Shown: positions 1 to 9,983, numbered from the stretch's first letter. The stretch: 64,000 nt of DNA from an uncultured Verrucomicrobiae bacterium (GCA_963788655.1 CAWBHS010000090.1:96001-160000); one strand, 5' to 3'. Notes: generated by a model not told the origin, from the sequence alone. A program made the numbers and translations.

Positions 1-328
1 ATGTATCGGGGCGGCCGGATGTATCCGCGGGTCTCGGTACATCCGCGACCAATGGCACGCTTGGCGACGCGTGGTCGTGTTCGTCCGCCGGTGACCCTCG
101 GGCCGCGGGCGCCTCGTCGGGGTTTTGCGCATCCCGAGACGGCGCTGACGTGCCGCCCAATTCGGCGCCGCCATCCGCCGGTAGTTCAATTCTCCGGGTT
201 ACCGATTCGGGTCGTTCGGCATCCAAGTCGATCACCTGGATGGTCACTTCGTCCAGGTCGGCCGGCATTGCCACCGTCGGGAGCAGGACACTGATGCCCA
301 GCAGAATTTGTCGCGCCACTTGGCTCAC
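1..328 (-). CDS. Secreted low-complexity protein, third gene of the ECF sigma operon; runs off the window edge
   Basis: Not in the ORF track. Read manually from GTG at 328: MSQVARQILLGISVLLPTVAMPA-DLDEVTIQVIDLDAERPESVTRRIELP..., open to position 1. Signal-peptide-like N-terminus, 11 bp after the anti-sigma stop. Confidence 0.7.
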   Translation of the reverse strand, partial: MSQVARQILLGISVLLPTVAMPADLDEVTIQVIDLDAERPESVTRRIELPADGGAELGGTSAPSRDAQNPDEAPAARGSPADEHDHASPSVPLVADVPRPADTSGRPDT

Positions 329-339
329 TTGTCAGGCAC

Positions 340-1011
340 CTATCCCAATACGACGCCGTGACGCGATCCTTCCGAACGCTGCTCGCCGGTCACACCGAAC
401 TGGACCCGAAAGCTGCGAGTCTTACGGTCATGAAACAAACTGACGCGCATTTCGTTGTCGCCCGCGCCGGTGGCGACCACCGGCAGCGACAGTACATTGC
501 GGCCCTTTTGCAGATGCGTGGTCCAGCTCAAATGACGCCGGCCCGGATAGCCGATCAATTGGACGTTTTCCGGCACCCGCATGCTGACTTCGACTGCCGC
601 CATATCCTCCGGGGCATCGATCACCAATCCCACGGTGCGCACCTGATTCAGCGCCAGGTTCAGCTTCGCCGCCACCGGCGTATGGGGACCAAGCAATACC
701 AACGCGCTCCAAACTGCGACAGTGGCGACCATGGCACTTGCGAACCCTACGCCGAACCAGCGCTGACGGGAGGACAGCCGGCCGCTGCGGTTGCTTCTGC
801 GGGCAGCGCGCAATGCACGTTTGGCGAACCCGGGCCGGGGCTGGGGCACGGCCAGGTTGCGCAAAGCGACCCGCAACCGCAGCTCGTCCGCCACCGCCGA
901 CCGACATTCGCGACAGTGGCGCAGATGAGTATCGATGGCGACATCCGCCGCGTCCGGGAGCGCGCCCGCGGCGTAGTCATCGAACAGCGCTCGTGTCTCG
1001 TCACAATTCAT
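340..1011 (-). CDS. Zinc-binding (zf-HC2/ZAS) transmembrane anti-sigma factor
   Basis: N-terminal MNCDE...HLRHCREC (HxxxCxxC), one TM helix and a periplasmic beta-rich domain; directly downstream of the ECF sigma gene. Confidence 0.88.
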   Translation of the reverse strand: MNCDETRALFDDYAAGALPDAADVAIDTHLRHCRECRSAVADELRLRVALRNLAVPQPRPGFAKRALRAARRSNRSGRLSSRQRWFGVGFASAMVATVAVWSALVLLGPHTPVAAKLNLALNQVRTVGLVIDAPEDMAAVEVSMRVPENVQLIGYPGRRHLSWTTHLQKGRNVLSLPVVATGAGDNEMRVSLFHDRKTRSFRVQFGVTGEQRSEGSRHGVVLG

Positions 1012-1022
1012 GGTGGGTCCCC

Positions 1023-1610
1023 TTACCCGATTAAACGCTGACGCGCGGGAAAAGGTTCCACCGATTTTGGTCCGGTTTCAAGTTGTTGACGCAATTGGGA
1101 GTGAGCGCGATTGAGGCGGGACTTCAACGTGCCCAGGGGAGCGCCAAGCACGTCCTGCAATTCCGCCAGGGTATAACCCTCTATGTCGTGCAGGATTACC
1201 ACCGCGCGCTGATCGGAATTGAGGTGTCCGAGAGCACGGGACAGGCGTTGGTGAAGATCGTCAGTTTCCGCTGCGGCTTCGGGCCCCGGCGCGGGATGGG
1301 TGCATTGGTCGGCGTCCGTGGCATCGGCCAGAGGGCGCACCACCGGTGATCGGGCCATGCTCCGGCAGCGGTCGATATACATGCGATACAGGACCCGCGC
1401 CAACCATGGTCGCAGCTGCTCCAACTCCCGGAGTTCGGCCGTGCGCGGATACAGTTTGGCCAGCAGATCCTGCACCAGGTCTTCGGCGTCGTCCTGATTG
1501 CCGGCGAAGTGGTACGCAAGCCGGAACAGATAGCCCACATGGGGCTCAAGCAACGCCTCGAATGAGTGCTCGCCGCATACGATTCGTGTCCAAAGCTTTT
1601 GCAGTCCCAT
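1023..1610 (-). CDS. ECF RNA polymerase sigma factor
   Basis: Region 2 (DAEDLVQD, LRPWLARV) and region 4 (GYTLAEL...GTLKSRLNRA). ATG at 1610 preferred over the track start at 1652. Confidence 0.92.
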   Translation of the reverse strand: MGLQKLWTRIVCGEHSFEALLEPHVGYLFRLAYHFAGNQDDAEDLVQDLLAKLYPRTAELRELEQLRPWLARVLYRMYIDRCRSMARSPVVRPLADATDADQCTHPAPGPEAAAETDDLHQRLSRALGHLNSDQRAVVILHDIEGYTLAELQDVLGAPLGTLKSRLNRAHSQLRQQLETGPKSVEPFPARQRLIG

Positions 1611-1817
1611 TTTTGTTTGCGTTTTGACGTTGTTATGCTGCGAAAAGAACAAGTGTCGGCGCTCCCCGCGCGGATCGCTTAACGCCCAGTATAGGCGGCA
1701 TACACGATTCGCCAGTGTGGACTGACAGGCGGTCGGTTGCGTGCGGTCTGAAGGAGCGCCGAATCAACGCGCTGCGGGATTTTGACTACGGTAAAACGAT
1801 CTTCCGGGGTGAGAAAA

Positions 1818-3056
1818 GTGCGCGTCGCAACGTTTTCCTCCGTCTTGTTACTGGCGCTCCTTTGCAGCTGTGGCGAGCGGGACGGAGCGCGGCCGCCGAT
1901 ACTCAAGTGGTATGTGTTCGACGAGCCTTCCGGTGCGTTTGCCGAAGCGGCTCGACACTGCTCGCAAGCCTCCGATGGCGCCTACCGGATCGTCCCCGAG
2001 GCCTTACCCGCCGACGCCGACCAGCAACGGGAACAATTGGTGCGGCGCCTGGCAGCCGCTGATCCGGACATCGATATCATCGGCATGGACGTGATCTGGA
2101 CCGCGGAGTTCGCCGCCGCCGGCTGGGTGCTGCCCTGGCCCAAGACTCGCGCCGCCAAAATCCGCAAAGGACGATTGCAGTCAGCGATCCGTAGCGCCCG
2201 CTACGACGACCGCCTCTGGGCCGCCCCGTACACCAGCAATACCCAGTTGCTGTGGTATCGCAGCGACCGTGTCGACCGCCCGCCCCATACCTGGCAGGCG
2301 ATGCTGCGGCAAGCCGAAGCGCTCGGGCCCGATGGCACCATCGAGGCCCAGGGCCAACGCTACGAAGGTTTGACGGTGTTGTTCACTTCGCTTTTGGCAT
2401 CGGCCGGCGGACGGGTATTGAACGAAGACGGCACGCAAGTGTCATTGGCGCGTGCGCCCACGCGCAAGGCGCTGCAACTGATGCGTCGCCTGGCCGCCTC
2501 CCCCGCCGCGGACCCCAATCTGGCGGCGGCGCGGGAAGACGATGCCCGGCTGGCTTTCGAAACCGGCAATGCCAGCTTCATGCTCAACTACTCCTTTGTC
2601 TGGCCCAGCGCCCAAGCCAATGCGCCGCAAGTGGCGGCGCACATGGGCTGGGCACGCTGGCCTGCGGTGTTCGCCGATCGCCCCAGCCGCGTCACCCTGG
2701 GCGGCATAAACCTCGGCGTAGGTGCATTCAGCCGCCATCCGCGCCTGGCCTTCGCGGCGGCGTCGTGCCTTGCCGATGCCGACAACCAGCGGCTGGCGGC
2801 CGTCCGCGGCGGCCTACCGCCCACGCTGGTGGCCCTGTACGACGATCCCGAGATACGAGCGCGCTTCCCGTTCGCCGACACCTTGCGCGCGACGCTGCGC
2901 GATGCGGTGCAACGGCCGCAGACACCGTTCTACAACGACGTCTCCCTCGCCATCAGCCACACACTGCATCCCATGCGCGACATTGATCCCGATCGCGATG
3001 TGAACCGGCTGCGCAAAGCCATCAGCCGTGCCCTCGCCTCGGAAGGCTTATTGTGA
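1818..3056 (+). CDS. Sugar (trehalose-type) ABC substrate-binding lipoprotein, LpqY-like
   Basis: Lipobox LLCSC; QQREQLVRRLAA...DIIGMDVIWTAEFAAAGW resembles mycobacterial LpqY as recalled. Confidence 0.85.
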   Translation: MRVATFSSVLLLALLCSCGERDGARPPILKWYVFDEPSGAFAEAARHCSQASDGAYRIVPEALPADADQQREQLVRRLAAADPDIDIIGMDVIWTAEFAAAGWVLPWPKTRAAKIRKGRLQSAIRSARYDDRLWAAPYTSNTQLLWYRSDRVDRPPHTWQAMLRQAEALGPDGTIEAQGQRYEGLTVLFTSLLASAGGRVLNEDGTQVSLARAPTRKALQLMRRLAASPAADPNLAAAREDDARLAFETGNASFMLNYSFVWPSAQANAPQVAAHMGWARWPAVFADRPSRVTLGGINLGVGAFSRHPRLAFAAASCLADADNQRLAAVRGGLPPTLVALYDDPEIRARFPFADTLRATLRDAVQRPQTPFYNDVSLAISHTLHPMRDIDPDRDVNRLRKAISRALASEGLL

Positions 3057-3913
3057 AGCAACACCGGCTGGGACTGGTGCTGTGTGCGCCGGCGCTGTCG
3101 GTCATGATCGCGGTTACGGCTTATCCGTTGGCCTACGCGCTTTGGCTGTCCTTGCAGCGCTATGATCTGCGCTTTCCCGACCAACGCGCGTTCGTCGGCC
3201 TGGACAACTATCTCAGCGTGTTGAGTTCGCCGGTTTGGTGGCGCTCGCTCGTCAACACCGGTCTCATCACCCTCGGCTCGGTAACACTCGAACTGTGGTT
3301 GGGCATGCTATTGGCCTTGCTCATGCACCGCATCGTATTCGGCCGCCGCACGGTGCGCGCGGTGCTCTTGATTCCCTACGGCATCATTACCGTGGTCGCC
3401 GCGCTGGCGTGGAAATTCGCCTTCGATCCCACCACGGGTTTCGTCAACGGCCTCCTCGGGCTCGATCACGCCTGGCTGACCCAGCGCTGGTCGGCGTTCG
3501 CGGTCATCATTCTCACCGAATTGTGGAAGACCACACCGTTCATGGCGCTGCTGCTGCTCGCGGGACTCAGCCAGATACCCGCGGACCTGTTGCGCGCAGC
3601 GCGGGTGGACGGCGCCAACGGCTGGCAGCGATTCACGGGTATCACGTTGCCGCTGTTGAAACCGGCGATCCTGGTGGCGCTGTTGTTCCGCACCCTCGAC
3701 GCGTTTCGCATCTTCGATACTGTATTCGTGCAAACCCGCGGCGCCGCCGATACCGAGACGGTGTCCATGTTGGGCTACGACGCGCTGACGGTGCGCCTGA
3801 ACCTCGGCATCGGCGCGGCGGTATCGGTGCTGATTTTTCTGTGTGTGGTGTTGATCGCCGTCGCGTTCCTGAAGGGCTTCGCCACGCCGTTCGCGTCCGG
3901 AGAGAATCGATGA
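3053..3913 (+). CDS. Carbohydrate ABC permease (SugA-like)
   Basis: Six TM segments; [15 protein letters not shown] and EAA-like loop AARVDGA; overlaps neighbours by 4 bp. Confidence 0.92.
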   Translation: MKQHRLGLVLCAPALSVMIAVTAYPLAYALWLSLQRYDLRFPDQRAFVGLDNYLSVLSSPVWWRSLVNTGLITLGSVTLELWLGMLLALLMHRIVFGRRTVRAVLLIPYGIITVVAALAWKFAFDPTTGFVNGLLGLDHAWLTQRWSAFAVIILTELWKTTPFMALLLLAGLSQIPADLLRAARVDGANGWQRFTGITLPLLKPAILVALLFRTLDAFRIFDTVFVQTRGAADTETVSMLGYDALTVRLNLGIGAAVSVLIFLCVVLIAVAFLKGFATPFASGENR

Positions 3914-4737
3914 TACGCACACGGCAAGGTTGGCTCTGGGGCGCGGTCACGGGCGCTGTGATGGTGTATGCGCTGGTGCCGGTGCTGTGGCTGATATCGT
4001 TGTCGTTGAAGCCGGCCGCGCAGCTGGGCGATGGCCACTTTTTTCCGCGCACGCTGGATTTTTCCAACTATCGCGCCGTACTCAACGATGCGCAGTTTCC
4101 GGCAGCGCTGTGGAACTCCATCGGCATCGGCTTGTTGTCGACGCTGTTTGCCGTGGTGCTGGCGATGTTTGCCGCCTACGCCCTGGCGCGGCTCGCCTTT
4201 CCCGGCAAGCGATGGCTCTTGGGCGGCGTTCTGGCGGTGGCGATGTTTCCGCCCGTCGCCATCATCGGCCCGTTGTTCGATGTCTGGCGCTCGCTCGGGC
4301 TCTATGACACCTGGGCCGGATTGATTCTGCCCTACATGAGCTTCGCCCTGCCCCTGGCAATCTGGATTCTGACTGCGTTCTTCCGCGAACTGCCATGGGA
4401 ACTGGAACAGGCGGCACGGGTCGACGGCGCCACCCCGCTGCAGGCGTTCGTGAAAGTAATCGCGCCCTTGGCGGCACCCGGGATATTCACCGCCGCCATT
4501 CTCGTCTTCATTTTTGCCTGGAACGATTTTCTGTTCGCAGCCGCACTGACCTCCACCGACAACGCACGCACGGTACCGGCGGCGATCGCCTTCTTCACCG
4601 GCAGTTCCCGGTTCGCACAACCCACCGGCAGCATTGCCGCTGCTTCCGTGATCGTCACCGTCCCCGTGGCCTTGGTGGTGCTGTTGTTCCAGCGCCGTAT
4701 CGTCGCCGGCCTCACCGCCGGTGCGGTTAAGGGTTGA
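3910..4737 (+). CDS. Carbohydrate ABC permease (SugB-like)
   Basis: ATG at 3910 in an ATGA overlap; [19 protein letters not shown] and C-terminal [15 protein letters not shown]. Confidence 0.92.
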   Translation: MIRTRQGWLWGAVTGAVMVYALVPVLWLISLSLKPAAQLGDGHFFPRTLDFSNYRAVLNDAQFPAALWNSIGIGLLSTLFAVVLAMFAAYALARLAFPGKRWLLGGVLAVAMFPPVAIIGPLFDVWRSLGLYDTWAGLILPYMSFALPLAIWILTAFFRELPWELEQAARVDGATPLQAFVKVIAPLAAPGIFTAAILVFIFAWNDFLFAAALTSTDNARTVPAAIAFFTGSSRFAQPTGSIAAASVIVTVPVALVVLLFQRRIVAGLTAGAVKG

Positions 4738-4742
4738 CGTCA

Positions 4743-5825
4743 ATGGCAGGAATCACACTGGAGCGCGTCAGCAAACAGTTCAACGACGGCACGGTCGCGG
4801 TACGCGATGTCAGTCTGGAAATTCAACCTGGGGAGTTGTTCGTGCTGGTGGGGCCATCCGGCTGCGGCAAATCGACGTTGCTGAATCTGATCGTCGGCCT
4901 GGATGCAGTCAGCGCAGGAGCAATCCGCGTCGACGGCCGGATGGTCAACGAACTGGACCCCAAGGACCGCAACATGGCCATGGTGTTCCAAAGCTACGCG
5001 ATCTATCCGCATATGACTGTCGGCGAGAACCTGGCCTTTCCGCTCAAGCTCGCCAAGCGCCCCCCGGCGGAAATTCAACGTCGAGTGCAAGAGGTCGCCG
5101 CGTTGCTCGAGCTCGATGCGCTGCTGCAGCGCCGACCGGCGACCTTGTCCGGAGGACAGCGGCAACGGGTGGCCATGGGTCGGGCCATCGTCCGCCAGCC
5201 GGCGGCATTCCTCATGGACGAACCGCTGTCCAATCTCGACGCGCAATTGCGCACGCAGATGCGTCATGAAATCGCGCAACTGCAACGCCGTCTGGGCGTC
5301 ACCATGGTCTATGTCACCCATGACCAGACTGAAGCCATGACCCTTGCCGACCGGATGGCGGTGTTGCAGCACGGTATCGTGCAACAGGTGGGCGCACCGC
5401 GGGAACTCTACCAGCGGCCTGCCAATCGCTTCATCGCCGAATTCATCGGCACACCGGCCATCAATCTGCTGCCGGCGCAGATGCGTGACGGCCGGCTGCA
5501 GCTGCCGATGTTGACGCTACCCATGGACGCAGCGCCGGCGAGCGCGAAAGGTTGTGCCAGCGTGCTGGCCGGCATTCGCGCCGAACATTTCCTCGCCGCC
5601 GACACCAACCCGGGGCTGCCGCACTTCACGGCGCAGATCGCGTTTACGGAATGGCTCGGTGCCGAGCAATACGCATATTTCCATGTTTCCGACACTGGCG
5701 CCGACCGACAGTGCATAGCCCGTTTATCTGGCGATTCCATCCTGCGGCCCGGCGACGCACTCGAGCTTGCCGTCGACCCGCAACAGCTGCACTGGTTCGA
5801 CGCCGAGAGCGGCGAACGTTTGTAG
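4743..5825 (+). CDS. Carbohydrate ABC ATPase (SugC/MalK-like)
   Basis: Walker A GPSGCGKS, signature LSGGQRQR, DEPLSNLD, C-terminal TOBE-like region. Confidence 0.95.
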   Translation: MAGITLERVSKQFNDGTVAVRDVSLEIQPGELFVLVGPSGCGKSTLLNLIVGLDAVSAGAIRVDGRMVNELDPKDRNMAMVFQSYAIYPHMTVGENLAFPLKLAKRPPAEIQRRVQEVAALLELDALLQRRPATLSGGQRQRVAMGRAIVRQPAAFLMDEPLSNLDAQLRTQMRHEIAQLQRRLGVTMVYVTHDQTEAMTLADRMAVLQHGIVQQVGAPRELYQRPANRFIAEFIGTPAINLLPAQMRDGRLQLPMLTLPMDAAPASAKGCASVLAGIRAEHFLAADTNPGLPHFTAQIAFTEWLGAEQYAYFHVSDTGADRQCIARLSGDSILRPGDALELAVDPQQLHWFDAESGERL

Positions 5826-5998
5826 CGGGCGGCGGCGCGACGCCGGCATGGGTTGCGTCGTCGGTACCGGTTTCCAATCCTACGCCTAACCACCAGGGCT
5901 CTCGAAATGCGGCGCCCGTCACAACGCCGGTGGGGAATTCAGAATCGTGGGCGACGGCCGCTAACCCGGCTGTTAGGGATTCACTTCAGGGGAAAGCG

Positions 5999-6586
5999 AT
6001 GAACACGACATCGACCGTCGGCATCGTGCTGCTATTGGCGGCATTGCTGCTGCTCGCCTACGGCGTAGTGATCTACAACCGCCTGGTGGCATTGAAGCAC
6101 AATGTCTCCAAATCCTGGGCCAATATCGACGTGTTGCTCAAACAACGTCACGACGAACTGCCCAAGCTGGTGGAGACCTGCAAACAATACATGGGCTACG
6201 AGCAGGAAACCCTGCGCCAGGTGATGGCGGCGCGCAGCGCCGTGCATCGCGCGCGCGAGGACGGTGACGTGCAAAGCCTGGGCAGCGCCGAAACGGTGTT
6301 GCACAAGGGGCTGATGAATCTGTTCGCGCTCGCGGAATCCTATCCGGAACTGAAAGCCAACCAGAGTTTCCAGAATCTGCAGACGCGGATCAGCGCCCTG
6401 GAAGACAGCGTCGCCGATCGGCGCGAGTTCTATAACGAGGCGGTCAACAACCACAACGTGCGTATCGAGCAGTTCCCGGACTTGATCGTCGCACGCCGGT
6501 TCCGGTTCCGCCGGTTCACGCTGTTGCAAGTGGAAGCCGCGGCCAAACAGGACGTCGATCTGGCGGCGCTGTTCGCCGGCTCCTGA
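5999..6586 (+). CDS. lemA: LemA family protein
   Basis: N-terminal TM; YNRLV...WANIDVLLKQRHDELPKLVE, ESYPELKAN, RREFYNEAV...EQFP. Confidence 0.93.
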   Translation: MNTTSTVGIVLLLAALLLLAYGVVIYNRLVALKHNVSKSWANIDVLLKQRHDELPKLVETCKQYMGYEQETLRQVMAARSAVHRAREDGDVQSLGSAETVLHKGLMNLFALAESYPELKANQSFQNLQTRISALEDSVADRREFYNEAVNNHNVRIEQFPDLIVARRFRFRRFTLLQVEAAAKQDVDLAALFAGS

Positions 6587-6602
6587 CCCCGGCGGCCGGG
6601 CC

Positions 6603-7508
6603 ATGCACGTCGCCGAATATTGGTTGATGGTGCTGTTCCTCAGCGGCGTAGCCGGCGCCGCGTTCTGGTTCATCTGGAACCGCTGGCGTCGCGCCCGTCT
6701 GGTCGACGATATTCCCACCGCCAAGATCCGCTCGGCGCCGCAAGGCTACGCCGAGTTATGCGGCCGCGCCGTATTCAGCGACGATCTGTGGACCGCCAGT
6801 CCGCTGAGCGGCCGGCGTTGTCTCTGGTTCCGGTACAAAATCGAGCAACGCAGCCACGACGTACGGGGCCGCAAAGGCTGGCGCACGCTGCACGCCGATT
6901 GCAGCGAGACACCGTTTCTCGTCGTCGACGACACTGGCCGCTGCATCGTCGATCCCCGCGGCGCCGAAGTCACCAGCAGCCACAAACAAACCTGGTACGG
7001 CGACCACCAGTGGCCGACAGGTGCTCCGCGCCCAAATCCCACGCTGACACTGTTCGGCGTCCCGCTCGCGGCGGGCGGCCGATACCGCTACACCGAAGAA
7101 CTGCTGCTGGAAGGCGACCTTTATGCGCTCGGCTGGTTCCAAACCGCAGGCTCCGCGCAGCGTTCCGTGAATGCCCGCGTCGGCGAACTGCTGCGATCCT
7201 GGAAAGCCGACCAACCGCAACTGATCCGTCGCTTCGACCGCAACGGCAATCGACACATTGATGCCGACGAGTGGCAACAGGCTCGCGACGCGGCTCTGGC
7301 GCACGTGCTGCAACAACAGGTTTCGCAACGGGCAGGGGAATCAAAGCACACCCTGAGCCGGCCGGCGGACAAACGCTTTCCGTTTCTGTTGTCCGACCAG
7401 GCTGCGCGCGATCTGGCGCAGCGCTATCGCACCCAGGCACGGGCAGCACTGGTCCTGTTTGGCGCTTCGTCTCTGGTCGTGCTCTGGTTGCTCGGCCAAC
7501 GGACATAG
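6603..7508 (+). CDS. GIDE-like membrane protein with an EF-hand-like loop
   Basis: TM at each end; DIPTAKIRSAPQGYAELCG, SPLSGRRCLWFRYKIE, PFLVVDDTGRCIVDPRGAEV, YRYTEE; loop DRNGNRHIDADE. Confidence 0.75.
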   Translation: MHVAEYWLMVLFLSGVAGAAFWFIWNRWRRARLVDDIPTAKIRSAPQGYAELCGRAVFSDDLWTASPLSGRRCLWFRYKIEQRSHDVRGRKGWRTLHADCSETPFLVVDDTGRCIVDPRGAEVTSSHKQTWYGDHQWPTGAPRPNPTLTLFGVPLAAGGRYRYTEELLLEGDLYALGWFQTAGSAQRSVNARVGELLRSWKADQPQLIRRFDRNGNRHIDADEWQQARDAALAHVLQQQVSQRAGESKHTLSRPADKRFPFLLSDQAARDLAQRYRTQARAALVLFGASSLVVLWLLGQRT

Positions 7509-7554
7509 GACACCGCGCACCCTTGCCCAGATCACACACCCCGCCTGGCTATTA

Positions 7555-7583
7555 TTGACAATGCGAATCGTTCGCATTATTGT
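7555..7583 (+). promoter_or_regulatory. Sigma-70 promoter overlapped by a Fur-box-like palindrome
   Basis: TTGACA (7555-7560), 17-bp spacer, TATTGT (7578-7583); AATGCGAA-TCG-TTCGCATT (7561-7579) is a perfect 8-bp inverted repeat resembling the Fur 19-mer. Confidence 0.75.
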
Positions 7584-7881
7584 TTCTTTCGAGTGGTCGT
7601 AAGCCCTTATTAATCAAAGGTCGCGCTCGCGTCGTCGAGCAGCGCCTGAATCAGGTTCGAGCATTCTCCGCCATGGTTCCCGGCAAATCCCGGGACGGCG
7701 GCCGCATCACGCGGCCGTATCCGGGTGCTTTCCGGCCGCCGGCAGGGACACTGGCGACGCGCTGATGATTCCACTCGATCCGAGCTGGGTGGCCCGCTCA
7801 CGTCGGCGCGGCATGAACGGCGGCGACCGACCGGTGCAGATCCCAGGCGGTTTGCGTCAAGTCAATCCAGAGAGGACAGGA

Positions 7882-8946
7882 ATGCGCAGTACCAGCAACG
7901 GACCCGCGCGGCTGGCCGGGGGCCTTGCGGCCATCGCCTGGTTCGGCGCCACGACGTCCACGGCGATGGCAGCGGATACAGCGCCGACCTTCACGGGGAT
8001 TGTGATCGGCACCTATCAACACGCCAGCCGTTCCGACATCAACGGCACTCCGGCGGACGATGAGGCCAGCGCCGCCATCGATCTGAGCGTCAGCCTGCCC
8101 GCTGCGGGCGGCGCATTGGAACTGGAAGTGAAAGGCGGCACTACACCCGGAACCAGCGACGAAGGCGGACGCATCGTGCCGTGGCAGATCTTCTACCGCC
8201 ACGAGGTCGGCAACGGTTCGCTGGCGGTGGGATTGATCGATGCCGCTGCCTGGCTCGACGGCAACGACGTCGCCAATGACGAGTTCACTCAGTTTCTCGG
8301 CGCCAGCTTCGTCAACAATTCCACCATCGACATGCCCAGTGCCAGCGCCGGTGCCGCGTACACCGCCGCACTCGGCCGGTCCTGGGGACTGACCCTATTG
8401 GCCGCCAACGCCCGCGGCGTCGAACCGAGTTACCGCACTGCTTTCGAACTCGGGCGCGAGGACCATGGGCTGTTCACAGCGCTACAAGTGGAGTGGACCG
8501 GCACCGGGATGAGCGCCAACGCCGGCGTGTGGTTCAACTCCCGGCACCACGACGGCGATGGTGATGGAATCGACGACGACCGTCTCAGCGACGCCCGCGG
8601 CCGTGGCGCATACGGGAACCTGTCGGGCGCGCTCGGGCAGGGCCAATGGAACCTGCGCCTGGGCTGGGCCGACCCGGACGTGCAGGCGGCGGCGGGATTC
8701 GCCGCCATCGCCTACGCCCATCCGATCGGCAAGACCGTGCTGGGCGCAGCCATCGGCCGCACCTTCGTCTCCCACCAGCTGCGCGGCGCCCGCGCCGACG
8801 TCGACCAGGCCGAAGTCTACCTGCGGCTGCCGCTGACCCATGGATTTAGCGTCACCGCCGACCTGCAGCACGTTCGCCACAGCGGCTTCGATCCGGCCCG
8901 GGACGGCGCCTGGGTGACCGGTGTGCGGGCTGCCTGGGCCTTTTGA
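7882..8946 (+). CDS. Outer-membrane porin, OprB/carbohydrate-porin-like
   Basis: RBS GAGAGGA; signal peptide; ANDEFTQFLGASFVNN; amphipathic strands; EVYLR...VTADLQHV; C-terminal Phe. Confidence 0.78.
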   Translation: MRSTSNGPARLAGGLAAIAWFGATTSTAMAADTAPTFTGIVIGTYQHASRSDINGTPADDEASAAIDLSVSLPAAGGALELEVKGGTTPGTSDEGGRIVPWQIFYRHEVGNGSLAVGLIDAAAWLDGNDVANDEFTQFLGASFVNNSTIDMPSASAGAAYTAALGRSWGLTLLAANARGVEPSYRTAFELGREDHGLFTALQVEWTGTGMSANAGVWFNSRHHDGDGDGIDDDRLSDARGRGAYGNLSGALGQGQWNLRLGWADPDVQAAAGFAAIAYAHPIGKTVLGAAIGRTFVSHQLRGARADVDQAEVYLRLPLTHGFSVTADLQHVRHSGFDPARDGAWVTGVRAAWAF

Positions 8947-8964
8947 CGGGCCGGCCTCGCCGAC

Positions 8965-9375
8965 TCAGGGCCGCGCCGGCAAATGCCGCAGCCGCAGAGC
9001 CGCCCCCGCCGGAAGGCCCGCGTCGAGACGGGCGCAATAGCCGAATTGGCGTGCACGGCGATTGGCGGTCACCAGGCGATACAGGGTCGCTTCGGACTGA
9101 GCCACCACCCGGCCATCCACCGTCGCCTCCAATAGCACACGTCCGGGACGGGACCGGGGCAACGGATCAGGCAGCAGCTGTAACCGGCCCCGCACCCACC
9201 AGGCGCCGTCGCGACGCTCAATCTCGGTAACCCGCAACTGCGTGTGGGGGCCGCCTAGCGTCGCCACCGACTGCGAGTCGACCGCCTTCGCCGGCACCGG
9301 GAGCAGTACGCTCATTGCCGCCACACCCAACCACACCAGGAAAGCAACGGACCGAGCGCCGGATGTGAATACCAT
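8965..9375 (-). CDS. Hypothetical exported protein
   Basis: Signal-peptide-like N-terminus ending AKA; start uncertain. Confidence 0.55.
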   Translation of the reverse strand: MVFTSGARSVAFLVWLGVAAMSVLLPVPAKAVDSQSVATLGGPHTQLRVTEIERRDGAWWVRGRLQLLPDPLPRSRPGRVLLEATVDGRVVAQSEATLYRLVTANRRARQFGYCARLDAGLPAGAALRLRHLPARP

Positions 9376-9587
9376 CGGATACACCTATGCGTTTGCCTAC
9401 TGTCTTTTGTAGCCCACGAACCTGAATCCAGCCTTAAAGCACCTGCGACTTCGGCATCCCACTGCCACGCGTCACGCTGCGGCCCACGCCTTAGGAATCA
9501 TTGATTTTTGTCAGAGCCCCGAAACATGGACGCGACTAGACTTGCGGCCTACGGAACCATGCGTTCCTTTCGAGGAGGCACAAAGTT

Positions 9588-9983
9588 ATGAAGCTTCGAA
9601 CGCTACACGGATTGTGGTTGGGATTGGCGCTGACGGTCGCGCTGCCGGCGATGGCGCAGGACCAGATGCGCGACCAAACCCAAGCCACCGACCGCGAGCA
9701 AATGCGCGATCAACAGATGTACGGTTATCAATTGATGAGTCCCGCTGAGCAGGAGGCCTATCGCGAGCGCTTGCGCACGGCCACTACCGCGCAAGAGCGC
9801 GAACGCATTCGTGCCGAGCAACACCAGCAAATGCAGCAACGGGCGCGCGAACGCGGCGTGACACTGCCGGATGAGCAGCCAACCCAAGGCCCCAGGCAAG
9901 GCGGCATGGCTCCGGGCAGTGGGATGGGATCAGGCGGTAACATGGGGTCGGGCGGAGGCATGGCGCCCAGAGGGCGGCACTGA
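9588..9983 (+). CDS. Secreted helical Gln/Arg-rich protein with a Gly/Met-rich tail
   Basis: RBS GAGGAGG; signal peptide ending AMA; QMRDQ repeats; YGYQLMSPAEQEAYRERLR core. Confidence 0.8.
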   Translation: MKLRTLHGLWLGLALTVALPAMAQDQMRDQTQATDREQMRDQQMYGYQLMSPAEQEAYRERLRTATTAQERERIRAEQHQQMQQRARERGVTLPDEQPTQGPRQGGMAPGSGMGSGGNMGSGGGMAPRGRH

